From positions 297,851-361,850 of the IMG/VR virus record IMGVR_UViG_3300045988_181067: 64,000 bases of DNA; one strand, 5' to 3'. The translations under genes and the position numbers were made by a program. Every line of letters starts with the position of its first letter. Position 1 is the first letter of the stretch. This document shows, piece by piece, positions 1 to 8,603 of the stretch. The DNA comes from a virus. The notes under the pieces are model-generated. The model did not search any database and was not told the origin of the DNA. It worked only from the letters and a program-made list of their open reading frames with translations.

Positions 1-35
1 GCAGTCCATCATCTTTGCAAACCCAAAAACTAAAG

Positions 36-302
36 TTATCCCATATGTGCTATCTTAGAAGGTCTACATTCTTGCAAATCCTGGAGGGGTGGATTGCTTG
101 ATACAATTAAGCGCGTACCATCTGTTTCCACCTGCCAATTTGATATGATACGTTCTCCGAGTGCTTCATCCACATCTTTAACAACACCTTCAAATAGAGG
201 AGCATCAAACCAAAGACCTTCATCAATGACAATTCTCTGCGTGGCAGGGTCCTTGGCTGTGCGCAGGAGTTCTTTCAGCTTTATCGGTTTCAATTCCGTC
301 AC
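36..302 (-). CDS. hypothetical protein
   Basis: Intact 88-codon ORF, AAAGGAG upstream of GTG/TTG start region; no recognisable motif. Confidence 0.35.
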   Translation of the reverse strand: MTELKPIKLKELLRTAKDPATQRIVIDEGLWFDAPLFEGVVKDVDEALGERIISNWQVETDGTRLIVSSNPPLQDLQECRPSKIAHMG

Positions 303-875
303 TGCTCCTTTCTCTTTTCATTGTATTCAACTCGCACATTCTGGCAAACGAAAAAGGAGGCTCCGTGTGGAGTCTCCTTTTGTTGTTTGATTGGAAGCTT
401 CTTATTGGCCTAATTAAAGGTAATACTTAACCTCCAGCGCTTGGTGTACATGTTTTAATCACAGTTTCCACAGCCACCATCGTGGTCACCATTTGAACCA
501 TATAGCAATAGGTAATGCTTTAATAAAGTCAACTGATACCTTGCTTGTGGGTTTTGCCAATTCCGTTCTTATTTATATTTTTAGCAGATATGTTTGTTTT
601 TATTGTTTAAATTCTAATTGAGGAGTTCAAAAACTTACATATTTACCAAAAATATAAATAAGAACTTTATCAGCATTGCCTGCTTTATTTACGCCACTAC
701 TTCGTTCTTCTTATCTTTTTAAAGATTAAAAAAGAATGTATTGTTTAATGTTGACCAATATAATTCATCTCGCGTCTTGTATGCTGATGCTTCTGCAAAA
801 CTGCGCTTCCTATTGTTGGAAACTGATTTGAGAACACCTAATGCAAAAATGTCTTCATAAAAGTGTAATTGCATC

Positions 876-904
876 TTGCATCCAATGGGTCGATGATTTA
901 TAAT
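876..904 (+). promoter_or_regulatory. sigma70-like promoter (TTGCAT-17-TATAAT) reading antisense into the intron-like region
   Basis: Near-consensus -35/-10 with 17-nt spacer seen in sequence. Confidence 0.3.
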
Positions 905-929
905 GAGTAGTGGCGGTAAGCATGAGCGC

Positions 930-1574
930 TTATTCGTATCAGCCTTGCATGTCCTTGTGTCTTCATCACGAGGGCATGCTTTTTATTTCTGCATTTTCCC
1001 CTGCTTCACACCGTGCATGCGGTTTTCGCCGCACACGGCGTTCCATCGACGAATCCTCGCCGACTTGAGGCCATCACTCCGATACTCATTACAAGTACCA
1101 TCATCGCTGCGACCTCTGCTTTTCAGCACCGGTTCGGCTGCTTATTGTTCTTCGTCAGCCTACATCCTTTTGTGGATGCCCAATACCTTTCCTCGTTCCG
1201 ATAACCCTATCCGTTACCATACACCTTTAGGTGCCTGCTATGGGACCAAAGACTTCTTTGATGGCTTTTCGCACGCAAGTCCTTACTCAGCCATATCTTC
1301 GACGCACATTGCTGTGCGGACTGTATCCCTTTATTTCGCAGGTTCGTCAGACCGAAACGGTCATACTCACCATGGGCATTTTATGGACCACCGGCATATC
1401 AGTTGGCTGCTTGAGTCAACCTTCTGCCGACTTCACCGAGCTTCGTACGGTTAAGCTTTCTCTTTCTACCGCACGTCGGAGTTTATGGTGGATGTTCCCA
1501 TCCATCGGGTTATCAGTTCTCCTGCAGTTTCATCACTGCAGTGCGTAACCTTTTAAGTTACGAACGAGTCGCAC
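930..1574 (-). mobile_element. ORF-less group II intron-like RNA (3' boundary uncertain)
   Basis: Minus strand starts GUGCG at 1574; domain V-like hairpin (GCCGUGUGCGG CGAAAA CCGCAUGCACGG with 2-nt bulge) at about 1008-1047; region has no credible ORF. Confidence 0.4.
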
Positions 1575-2871
1575 CTTGCGTCCAGTCAGTTCCGGACCAT
1601 GTACCGAAATCGCGATACTGGTTATCCAGGTCTTCCGTGCTTCCGGGAACTACCCCACCAGAGTTTCCGCTATCGCCACCGCTCGGCTGAGCAGGCTCAG
1701 CCGGTGCGGGTGCCGGGTCGGGAGCAGGTGCCGGTGCGGGCGTTTCTACTGCAGGAGCACTCGGCGTTACCGGCTGTGTGGGTGCCGTGTAGCTCGGAGC
1801 AGTGGATGTGCCAGCAGAGGTGCTGCCGGAGTAGTTGTTCTTCGTGGTGGTGGCAGCCTTCTTCTGCTGGACCGTGAGCTCATAGCCTGCGCTCACGCTG
1901 CTGTCATCTTCGCTGGTAGCGGTGATGGTAGCATTCCCAACAGCGACTGCAGTAACCTTCCCAGTCTCATCGACGGTAGCTACGCTCTCATCGCTGGAGG
2001 ACCAAGTGACTGCCGGGTTGGTAGCCTCTTCCGGCGCTACGGTAGCCGTGATGGTCACCGTGTTGCCAACATTGAGGATGCCTTCTGTCTTGTCGAGGGT
2101 AATACCCTCCACCTTTGTGGTGACAGTTACCTTGGTGGTGGCGCTGAGTCCCTCGGGCACAACGCCGAATGCAGAGTCGAGATTGTCCGGCACCGTGACA
2201 GTTTCGGAATCTGCGGTGGTTTCGGAATTTTCGCCTTCCGTGGGCGTTTCCTCATCCGTTACAACTGCAGCAGCTTCCTGTGTAGCTGTCTCGGCTGTTG
2301 CAGGAGCATCTGCAACAACATAGGTAGTGATGGTGCATTCGCCGTCAGCGACTGCCGTGACAAGGCCATTCTCATCTACGGTAGCTACGCTTTCATCGCT
2401 GGAGGTATATGCCAGCTTTACCTCAGTCGCGTCTTCCGGCACAATTTTGGCATCCAGATTCTTGGAATTCTCACCGTTTGTGACAAGCTCCAAGGCTTCG
2501 GGTGCTTCTACACCGGTGGGTGTGATGACGACCTTCACATGAGTAGTGGAGGAAATGTTCACATCCTTTGCGGAAGCCGTGACATCAGCCTCACCTGCAC
2601 CGACTGCAGTGATGAGACCGGTGGCATCGACCGTGACGACCTCTTCATCGGAGGAGGTCCATTCGATGGTGAGCTTCGAGGCAGCCTCGGCAATCTTTTC
2701 CTGCTCGGCTTTATCGTCCGTGCCGTACTTGATTTCCAGCTGCTGCGTCTCACCCTTTTCCATCACTACATTCGGAGGCAATCCGATGGAGTTGATGTCA
2801 ACACCGCATCCAACCAGCGACAGTGCCATTGCTGCGGCGGCAATGACCATCGACATGATTTTCTTTTTCAT
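1558..2871 (-). CDS. Surface lipoprotein with tandem Big_2 (bacterial Ig-like) domains and Pro/Ala-rich linker
   Basis: Start MKKKIMSM with GGAGAA RBS; lipobox LVGC; repeated ...TWSSSDESVATVDETGKVTAV... Big_2 signatures; last 16 nt of ORF lie inside intron-like element. Confidence 0.7.
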   Translation of the reverse strand: MKKKIMSMVIAAAAMALSLVGCGVDINSIGLPPNVVMEKGETQQLEIKYGTDDKAEQEKIAEAASKLTIEWTSSDEEVVTVDATGLITAVGAGEADVTASAKDVNISSTTHVKVVITPTGVEAPEALELVTNGENSKNLDAKIVPEDATEVKLAYTSSDESVATVDENGLVTAVADGECTITTYVVADAPATAETATQEAAAVVTDEETPTEGENSETTADSETVTVPDNLDSAFGVVPEGLSATTKVTVTTKVEGITLDKTEGILNVGNTVTITATVAPEEATNPAVTWSSSDESVATVDETGKVTAVAVGNATITATSEDDSSVSAGYELTVQQKKAATTTKNNYSGSTSAGTSTAPSYTAPTQPVTPSAPAVETPAPAPAPDPAPAPAEPAQPSGGDSGNSGGVVPGSTEDLDNQYRDFGTWSGTDWTQGATRS

Positions 2872-3006
2872 ATTCAATTTTCTCCTTCCCGGCGTCTGGT
2901 GCCGAGGCAACATAATTGTGATAGGTTCAGCCGACTCTATGCAGCTTTGGATTTCGTCATCGACGAGGCTGTGAGCCATTGGTCGCCTATCCTTCTGTAC
3001 ATCTGC

Positions 3007-3035
3007 ATTATACCATAAATTTGTAATTTCTACAA
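3007..3035 (-). promoter_or_regulatory. extended -10 promoter (TTGTAG-17-TGgTATAAT)
   Basis: Seen in sequence; same TATGGTATAATG core recurs at 6596, 12783, 33707, 46411. Confidence 0.45.
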
Positions 3036-3127
3036 CCAAGGTTCGTAAAAGTTAACAGTTTAGTCATATAACAAGATGAACAGATTATCTTGCCTTAACT
3101 CCTTTCGCTGTATTTGTTGCACCTCCT

Positions 3128-3156
3128 ATTGTATGCAGAATATGGTTGCCCGTCAA
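3128..3156 (-). promoter_or_regulatory. sigma70-like promoter (TTGACG-17-TACAAT)
   Basis: Seen in sequence upstream of lipoprotein gene. Confidence 0.4.
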
Positions 3157-3279
3157 GCAACAAAATGGTTGCGGGGATGAGGATTTTTGAGCTAGGAGGA
3201 TGGGCTATATAGGGCTATATAGGGACGGTTCCCACTTCTTCTTTTGCCACTCCCCTTCTTGCACAAAAATAAAAGCCCA

Positions 3280-3296
3280 GTGGTCAAATTGACCAC
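3280..3296. promoter_or_regulatory. perfect 17-bp palindrome GTGGTCAAATTGACCAC (operator-like)
   Basis: Seen in sequence in 1-kb noncoding gap. Confidence 0.35.
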
Positions 3297-4020
3297 CGAG
3301 CAGCATGAATTTGGCTATAAAAACAAAAATCGCCTCACTGAAATGAAGCGACTTTTAGGTCATAGTTTCCCTTTTTCGTCTTTATACCATACCAAGAACT
3401 ATTATGGGAACTATGATATGTTAAGAGTGTACCCTTAACATACTTACATTGTATATGATATAGTTCCAAATGTCAATATGATTATTCTGCTAATTTGATA
3501 CATTCTGTGGGAGTCTTCTCTTGTACTACAAGACGCCATTGGACACTACCGGAAGGTTGTACTGTCGTTCTGGAGGATTCCCTCTTTTGGTTGTGGGCTT
3601 TGTTGAGACCTACTCCCCCGACGAAAAAGAAGAGGTCCCGCCTCGATAGCAGGACCCAAAGCATGTTTTCGTTCGGTGCTCGCTTAGCACCTATCCGGTT
3701 TGAGGTTCACACGCACAACTCCTCCAGAGGCTCTTCACCACGGTGCGTGCCGGAACACAATGGTGTATCATCGCCTTTCAGCATCAGCTCTCTTGTCTTG
3801 TTGTAGCCACATTGCAAATAGTTGTCAATGCCACAGCTCACATTGGAGCTTGTGTAAGCCATTTTGCAGCACTTATTTGCTTGATTTTCTCCAGCATATA
3901 TGATTAAATCAGATACAGCGGTGAAAATATGCCATTTTTACTTCTCTCCTTTGTAACAAGGAATTAAGAAAGACTGTCTCCGCCACAATAAGTGGAAGCG
4001 GTCTTTTCTCTTTTATTTGC

Positions 4021-4881
4021 TTAATGAAGTTGATTTGTTATTCCCTTGAAGAACTCAGCGCTCCAGATGTCCAATTGGGACGTGTCTCTTATAAACGGCT
4101 TAACATCTTGTTTCGCCTGCTCATAATCAATAGTATCGAATTTGTCGCATAGCATCGAACGAAGAATTTTAATGTCAAAAGCATCCGTCTCCGTTAATAC
4201 TTCACTTTGAATCAGTCGCCATTGCAGATGCTTCAGGTTTACGCTCGCCCATTTTGAGAGATAGAACACATAATCATACAAATCGCGCCCTTTTACGCGA
4301 TTATGCCACGCACGACATAAAACCGCATGAATCTTTCCGGCAAAAAGAGACGGCATATCATACAGGTTGACTTCATAGGGAAATGGCGTTAGAGGGAATT
4401 CACGCTCAAATGTTGCATAATCCGGCGGCATTGTGTCGATTTCAAACTTGATTTTGATAGTCTCGTTCTTTGTGATGCTGTTTGCTGCTGCCTCATCAGA
4501 GTAAAACAGCAGATAATGCTCTTTGGTATTTCCCTTCAGAAACGCAGAGCGAATAGCAGATTCTTTTGTCTTTTCCTTCTCGGTGATATCAACGTTCAGA
4601 CCAAAAGAGCGAACTGTCTTTTCCAGTTCGGGAAAGAACGCTTTCAAATCAAAATCTGGATTTTTCGCCATCAAGGAGAAATCCAAATCTTCCGAAAACC
4701 TGTCCAGACCATAGAAAATACGTAGAGCAGTCCCACCATAGAATGCAGCTTCCTTAAAGAAACCGGCGCGGGACAGCCCATACAGAACAATTTCCTGCAT
4801 AACTTCCTTCATCGCATTCTTTTGGTCGTACATATTTTTGCTGTCGTATTTTTTCAGCATCTGTTCGATTATTGTTGTCAT
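4021..4881 (-). CDS. abiEii: AbiEii-type nucleotidyltransferase (type IV TA/abortive infection toxin, DUF1814)
   Basis: GG...SEDLDF NTase motif (FYGGTALRIFYGLDRFSEDLDF); ATGA overlap with upstream partner. Confidence 0.8.
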   Translation of the reverse strand: MTTIIEQMLKKYDSKNMYDQKNAMKEVMQEIVLYGLSRAGFFKEAAFYGGTALRIFYGLDRFSEDLDFSLMAKNPDFDLKAFFPELEKTVRSFGLNVDITEKEKTKESAIRSAFLKGNTKEHYLLFYSDEAAANSITKNETIKIKFEIDTMPPDYATFEREFPLTPFPYEVNLYDMPSLFAGKIHAVLCRAWHNRVKGRDLYDYVFYLSKWASVNLKHLQWRLIQSEVLTETDAFDIKILRSMLCDKFDTIDYEQAKQDVKPFIRDTSQLDIWSAEFFKGITNQLH

Positions 4882-5462
4882 GCAATTTTCTCCATTGTTT
4901 TAGTCAGCTTTTGGATATTCGTGCAATGATACTTGCTATTAAGAAATAGAATATCATCCATGTTCAACTTGCAGAACAACTCCCAGTCGATTCGCAAACC
5001 ATCGAAAAGGAGTTCTTTTAGTTCTCTTTGGCTTGTTACAGGGGATTGAATATAGAGTTCGTCACACAATGCTTTTTCCGGGCTTGCTATCTGAAAAGTA
5101 TACCCATTCTCACTTACACATTCGATTCCATACGGATATGCTGCAGAAGGAACATCGCGATATGTGAATGTTCCAAAAGGTGTCTTGAATTCCTTCTTCT
5201 TTTTCTTTTCAAAAGTGGCTGACGTGAAGTTATATACTGCTTCCGGAATCAATCCATGATATGACAACGCAAATTCAAAAGACAAATACGATGGAGAGCA
5301 AATAGTGTTTGCCAACCGGTATCCGGGAGTCGTAGGATTCGTTTCGTATAATCCCTGTATAACAGGGATGCACTCCTTCTTCTTGACCATATGAGCCAAC
5401 TTGTCTCGCGGGTTCTTGTAATTGTTTAGCTCTTGGAGCATGATTGCAGTTGTTTTTATCAT
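4878..5462 (-). CDS. abiEi: AbiEi-type antitoxin/transcriptional regulator
   Basis: Position and 4-bp overlap upstream of abiEii; size 194 aa; AAGGTGGTGA RBS. Confidence 0.65.
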   Translation of the reverse strand: MIKTTAIMLQELNNYKNPRDKLAHMVKKKECIPVIQGLYETNPTTPGYRLANTICSPSYLSFEFALSYHGLIPEAVYNFTSATFEKKKKKEFKTPFGTFTYRDVPSAAYPYGIECVSENGYTFQIASPEKALCDELYIQSPVTSQRELKELLFDGLRIDWELFCKLNMDDILFLNSKYHCTNIQKLTKTMEKIA

Positions 5463-5481
5463 ATTCTCACCACCTTATATG

Positions 5482-5510
5482 ATTATATCAGATACCGTGG
5501 AGAAAATCAA
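5482..5510 (-). promoter_or_regulatory. sigma70-like promoter (TTGATT-17-TATAAT) for abiEi-abiEii
   Basis: Seen in sequence. Confidence 0.4.
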
Positions 5511-5580
5511 GTAATTTTATAAGGTGTAATGGTGGAGACGCAAAGTGAAAGGGAGATGCTATTACGCACCCCCCTTCTTT

Positions 5581-6573
5581 TTATTCCTTGAGTGTTGTAG
5601 CTGCCGTACTGCTGTCCGTCTGCAGCAGTTCTGCTGCTCTTGAGATACTGGTTTCACCTTCTGTATAAGCTCTCAACACTATCTGCAGCAAGCGAGTCGG
5701 CAATTCTGCTTTTCGTTCGTCCACTATGATGTTTTGGATATTATTCTGCCACTTGCGGTTGATGATGCCTTCTTCCTTCGCGCGGCGAACCACACACTTC
5801 TCGAATACCCCGTATTTCTCAGCAATTATTCGGATTTCCTTGGCACACAGACTCTTGCGCTTCCGTCCCAGCTCCCGAATAATGTCTTCGCTTGGCAGTA
5901 AGAAATACTCCACAGCATTGTTGAGAATTCGCTCATTTATGTCCGAGAACAGCAGATACATAAGAACATGTGTCAGCTCTTCACGCTGACCATAACGGTC
6001 CAAGCCGCTACTGATTGCAACAATCGGGACCCCATTGGTCGTCATCGCGGCGAGGCTTGAAAAGCTCTTCGCAATTGCATTTCGTTTGATGATGGTGACA
6101 AACACGCCACTTCTCTCAAGAGTCTGAACAAGATTACCCACCGGTCCACTTGCAGGTAGGTGCAATGCTTCTCGTATATATGCTGCGATTTCTTCGAGGT
6201 CAGTTCCCATCGGAATTTTTTCCTTCGGCAGCCTGTTTTCATCCACTTCCGCATTGGCACACATGCAAGCATCGTGATACAACTGCACATTCAGTCGTAC
6301 CTGCGCCAGAATCGCATTTTTCTCGGCTTTAGTCAGTTTGTTGTTGTGAAATACAGTTTCGGCAATCTCGATGTCCTCTTTGTACGACATCAGCTTGCCA
6401 AGGGTAATACCAAGCGCCTCGCAGATTTTCTTGACCATTTCGACATTCGGATATTTTTTATCACTTTCAAAGTTTGAGACAGTCATTTTACTCACACCAA
6501 TGGCATTTGCCAACCACTGCTGCGATACATCTTTTTGTTCTCTATAATATCTAATGCTTTTCCCAACACTCAT
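5581..6573 (-). CDS. XRE-family HTH regulator fused to ImmA/IrrE-like (M78) domain with degenerate HEXXH (EELTH)
   Basis: N-terminal HTH_XRE (QQWLANAIGVSKMTVSNFE); C-terminal domain resembles ImmA/IrrE fold. Confidence 0.65.
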   Translation of the reverse strand: MSVGKSIRYYREQKDVSQQWLANAIGVSKMTVSNFESDKKYPNVEMVKKICEALGITLGKLMSYKEDIEIAETVFHNNKLTKAEKNAILAQVRLNVQLYHDACMCANAEVDENRLPKEKIPMGTDLEEIAAYIREALHLPASGPVGNLVQTLERSGVFVTIIKRNAIAKSFSSLAAMTTNGVPIVAISSGLDRYGQREELTHVLMYLLFSDINERILNNAVEYFLLPSEDIIRELGRKRKSLCAKEIRIIAEKYGVFEKCVVRRAKEEGIINRKWQNNIQNIIVDERKAELPTRLLQIVLRAYTEGETSISRAAELLQTDSSTAATTLKE

Positions 6574-6595
6574 AGATGCGTCTCCTTTTGTTTAC

Positions 6596-6624
6596 ATTAT
6601 ACCATATTTATAATATTTTGTAAA
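6596..6624 (-). promoter_or_regulatory. extended -10 promoter (TTTACA-17-TGgTATAAT)
   Basis: Seen in sequence upstream of regulator gene. Confidence 0.45.
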
Positions 6625-6696
6625 CGCAAAAGAGCCCCCATACGCAAAAAGCAGCCGGTATATAGGTGTATTTGCCTGCATATCAGCTGCTTTGCT

Positions 6697-7119
6697 TTAC
6701 TTTTTCTTTTTTTGCCGATAGATTTCCTTTAAGTCATCTATCGCCAATTCGGCGGACATCGTATGAAACATCAGATAATTTGTATTCATCGTTTCCGCCG
6801 GGGCTTGCCGGTAAATTTCCTTACTGGATTCTCCTGTAATGAAATGCCAGTAGCGGTACAAATAGCCCGCCCAATACAGGACTTCGTTGTTGTACAGCTT
6901 CCCACCTTTTGGGGCATTGGGACATCTGTCTGCAAATTCTTCCAGCAGGTACTCTTCCCCTGCCCATTGCATCCGGTTATAGGTAGAATCCAGCTCTTTT
7001 GCCAAAGAAGATGTCATAAACAGCTTGATGAACTCTTTGCTACTGTACCCGGCTTTTGCCGAATTCTCAAAGAGACGCCCTTGGATGTCGCATAGCTGCT
7101 GCTGCCAAATTTCAAGCAT
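6697..7119 (-). CDS. hypothetical protein, DUF3791-like partner of DUF3990 protein
   Basis: 140 aa; 3-nt gap to upstream DUF3990 gene; DUF3791/DUF3990 are a known co-occurring pair. Confidence 0.35.
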   Translation of the reverse strand: MLEIWQQQLCDIQGRLFENSAKAGYSSKEFIKLFMTSSLAKELDSTYNRMQWAGEEYLLEEFADRCPNAPKGGKLYNNEVLYWAGYLYRYWHFITGESSKEIYRQAPAETMNTNYLMFHTMSAELAIDDLKEIYRQKKKK

Positions 7120-7122
7120 CTA

Positions 7123-8016
7123 TTATCCCTCCGATACATTTGCAAGAATTTCATCGAAGAACAGTCCCTCTCTACGGTGCTGCTTGTAGATGTCGTTTGC
7201 ATGCCGAATGCCGTCTTGACGGTTCTGCTCGCTTATTTCCTTAAATGCTTCTTTTGCAATCCAAGGAAGGTCGATTTGCTTTTCGATAGTGATATGCTTA
7301 CAGGCTTTTTCTGTCTTTGCGACATATTGCTGACCAAGTTGCAGTGCCGAGAGGCTCGCTATTAAGGCTTTATCTGTGATGTCTCCGCTGATAAATCGCT
7401 CCATCATTATGAACATACGGTCGTTTGCAATACTGCCTATTATCATATCCTTGTCTTTACCAATAGCTGCATATTTGTTGTATGCCGGTGCATGTGCATC
7501 TTTATTTATCCTGCCACGGTTAAGGGATACGAAGAGTGCCCAGTCGATATCCGCTTTAAACTCTTGTGTTTTCAGCCCTTCCATATCTACAGAGAGTATG
7601 TAGAATTTAGCTTCATCGTAATCACAAATCAGCGTTAGCGGCTGGCGCGGGTCGTTTCCCATATAGAAACCACGCCCGAAATCACATACATCACGGCTTT
7701 TTGGCTGAATCGGCTCAACAATGCCTGTCTTGGAGCCGTGATACAACACGATTCGGTTCGGCTGCTTTTTAGCAACTTCTTCAGCCTCTTCCTTGATTTC
7801 GTCGAGGAGAAGGTTGACGATATTCACACTCTTCTTTTTGCATAGCTCCAGCAGCTTTTCCTGTGTCTTTTTAGCAGGGACTGTCTTTGCATTTTCCCAG
7901 CGATTCACGCTCGCAAAAGAGACTCCAAGCTCGTTAGCCAGTTCTTCCTGCGTATAGCCAAGAGCTTTGCGGATTGCTTCGAAGATGTTCATGTTCGTCA
8001 ACTCCCGATATAACAT
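7123..8016 (-). CDS. HTH_XRE-DUF3990 fusion protein
   Basis: N-terminal XRE HTH (IFEAIRKALGYTQEELANELGVSFASVNRWE); DUF3990-like core RIVLYHGS...DFGRGFY. Confidence 0.55.
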   Translation of the reverse strand: MLYRELTNMNIFEAIRKALGYTQEELANELGVSFASVNRWENAKTVPAKKTQEKLLELCKKKSVNIVNLLLDEIKEEAEEVAKKQPNRIVLYHGSKTGIVEPIQPKSRDVCDFGRGFYMGNDPRQPLTLICDYDEAKFYILSVDMEGLKTQEFKADIDWALFVSLNRGRINKDAHAPAYNKYAAIGKDKDMIIGSIANDRMFIMMERFISGDITDKALIASLSALQLGQQYVAKTEKACKHITIEKQIDLPWIAKEAFKEISEQNRQDGIRHANDIYKQHRREGLFFDEILANVSEG

Positions 8017-8030
8017 TTTCCTCTATAATT

Positions 8031-8059
8031 ATTATAGTATATGTTATATCATTTGTCAA
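8031..8059 (-). promoter_or_regulatory. sigma70 promoter (TTGACA-17-TATAAT)
   Basis: Consensus hexamers seen in sequence. Confidence 0.5.
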
Positions 8060-8295
8060 TTCAGGGAGCTATCCGAAACCTCGTCCAGATACCGAAGAAT
8101 CTTAGCAACACTCCGGCAACTGATAGCGCTCATGTCCCCTTTGTTGAGCCAACGGTACACCCTGCCACGATTGATGCCGCTGTCTTTGCACACGCGGTAC
8201 ACAGTGGCGTTCTTCTCCTCTAAAAGGGAGAGAACTTTCTTGCGCATCAGCCCTTTCATGTAGTTATCGGCTTCTGCACTGTCCCGTACAGCCAC
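8056..8295 (-). CDS. small HTH DNA-binding protein
   Basis: 79 aa; HTH-like TVYRVCKDSGINRGRVYRWL. Confidence 0.4.
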   Translation of the reverse strand: MAVRDSAEADNYMKGLMRKKVLSLLEEKNATVYRVCKDSGINRGRVYRWLNKGDMSAISCRSVAKILRYLDEVSDSSLN

Positions 8296-8304
8296 ATAGC
8301 TGGT

Positions 8305-8598
8305 TCAGACACGCCGCAGCCGCTCCGGAACGTCCTCATCCTGCTGCTCCAACTGCTCGATGGTCAGTGTGCTTCCGTATGTGTCACACAGATACTGAAG
8401 CCCCTCGTTTGGTGTCTTCTCCAGAACGGAATACAGTAGCTTCAGTTTTCCATTGAACTTCGCATACAGGAATAGCGGCTCACGCAACTTCGGGAAATCT
8501 TCGCATTCCGCAACAAGTTTCTTGATGCTCGTCGTTCCAAATGAGAGGTCCCACATATAGTTTTTCAAGAAATTCTCGAAGCGCAGCTTTTGTTTCAT
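8305..8598 (-). CDS. hypothetical protein (about 97 aa)
   Basis: Start MKQKLRF immediately after CoiA-like stop; longer upstream extension overlaps CoiA gene out of frame. Confidence 0.35.
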   Translation of the reverse strand: MKQKLRFENFLKNYMWDLSFGTTSIKKLVAECEDFPKLREPLFLYAKFNGKLKLLYSVLEKTPNEGLQYLCDTYGSTLTIEQLEQQDEDVPERLRRV

Positions 8599-8603
8599 TT
8601 CTA

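Noticed and set aside
903-1548. Three + strand ORFs (183, 63, 105 aa) across the intron-like region
   Set aside because: Overlap a structured RNA on the opposite strand, have no RBS, and translate to low-complexity sequence.
1576-3018. 480-aa + strand ORF antisense to the Big_2 lipoprotein gene
   Set aside because: Cys/Arg/Gly-rich antisense artefact of a repetitive Thr/Val/Ala-coding gene.
3480-3800. tmRNA / RNase P / SRP RNA candidates
   Set aside because: None of the conserved motifs (tmRNA T-arm/CCA tail, RNase P P4 GGAAAGUCCGG, SRP domain IV) found on either strand.
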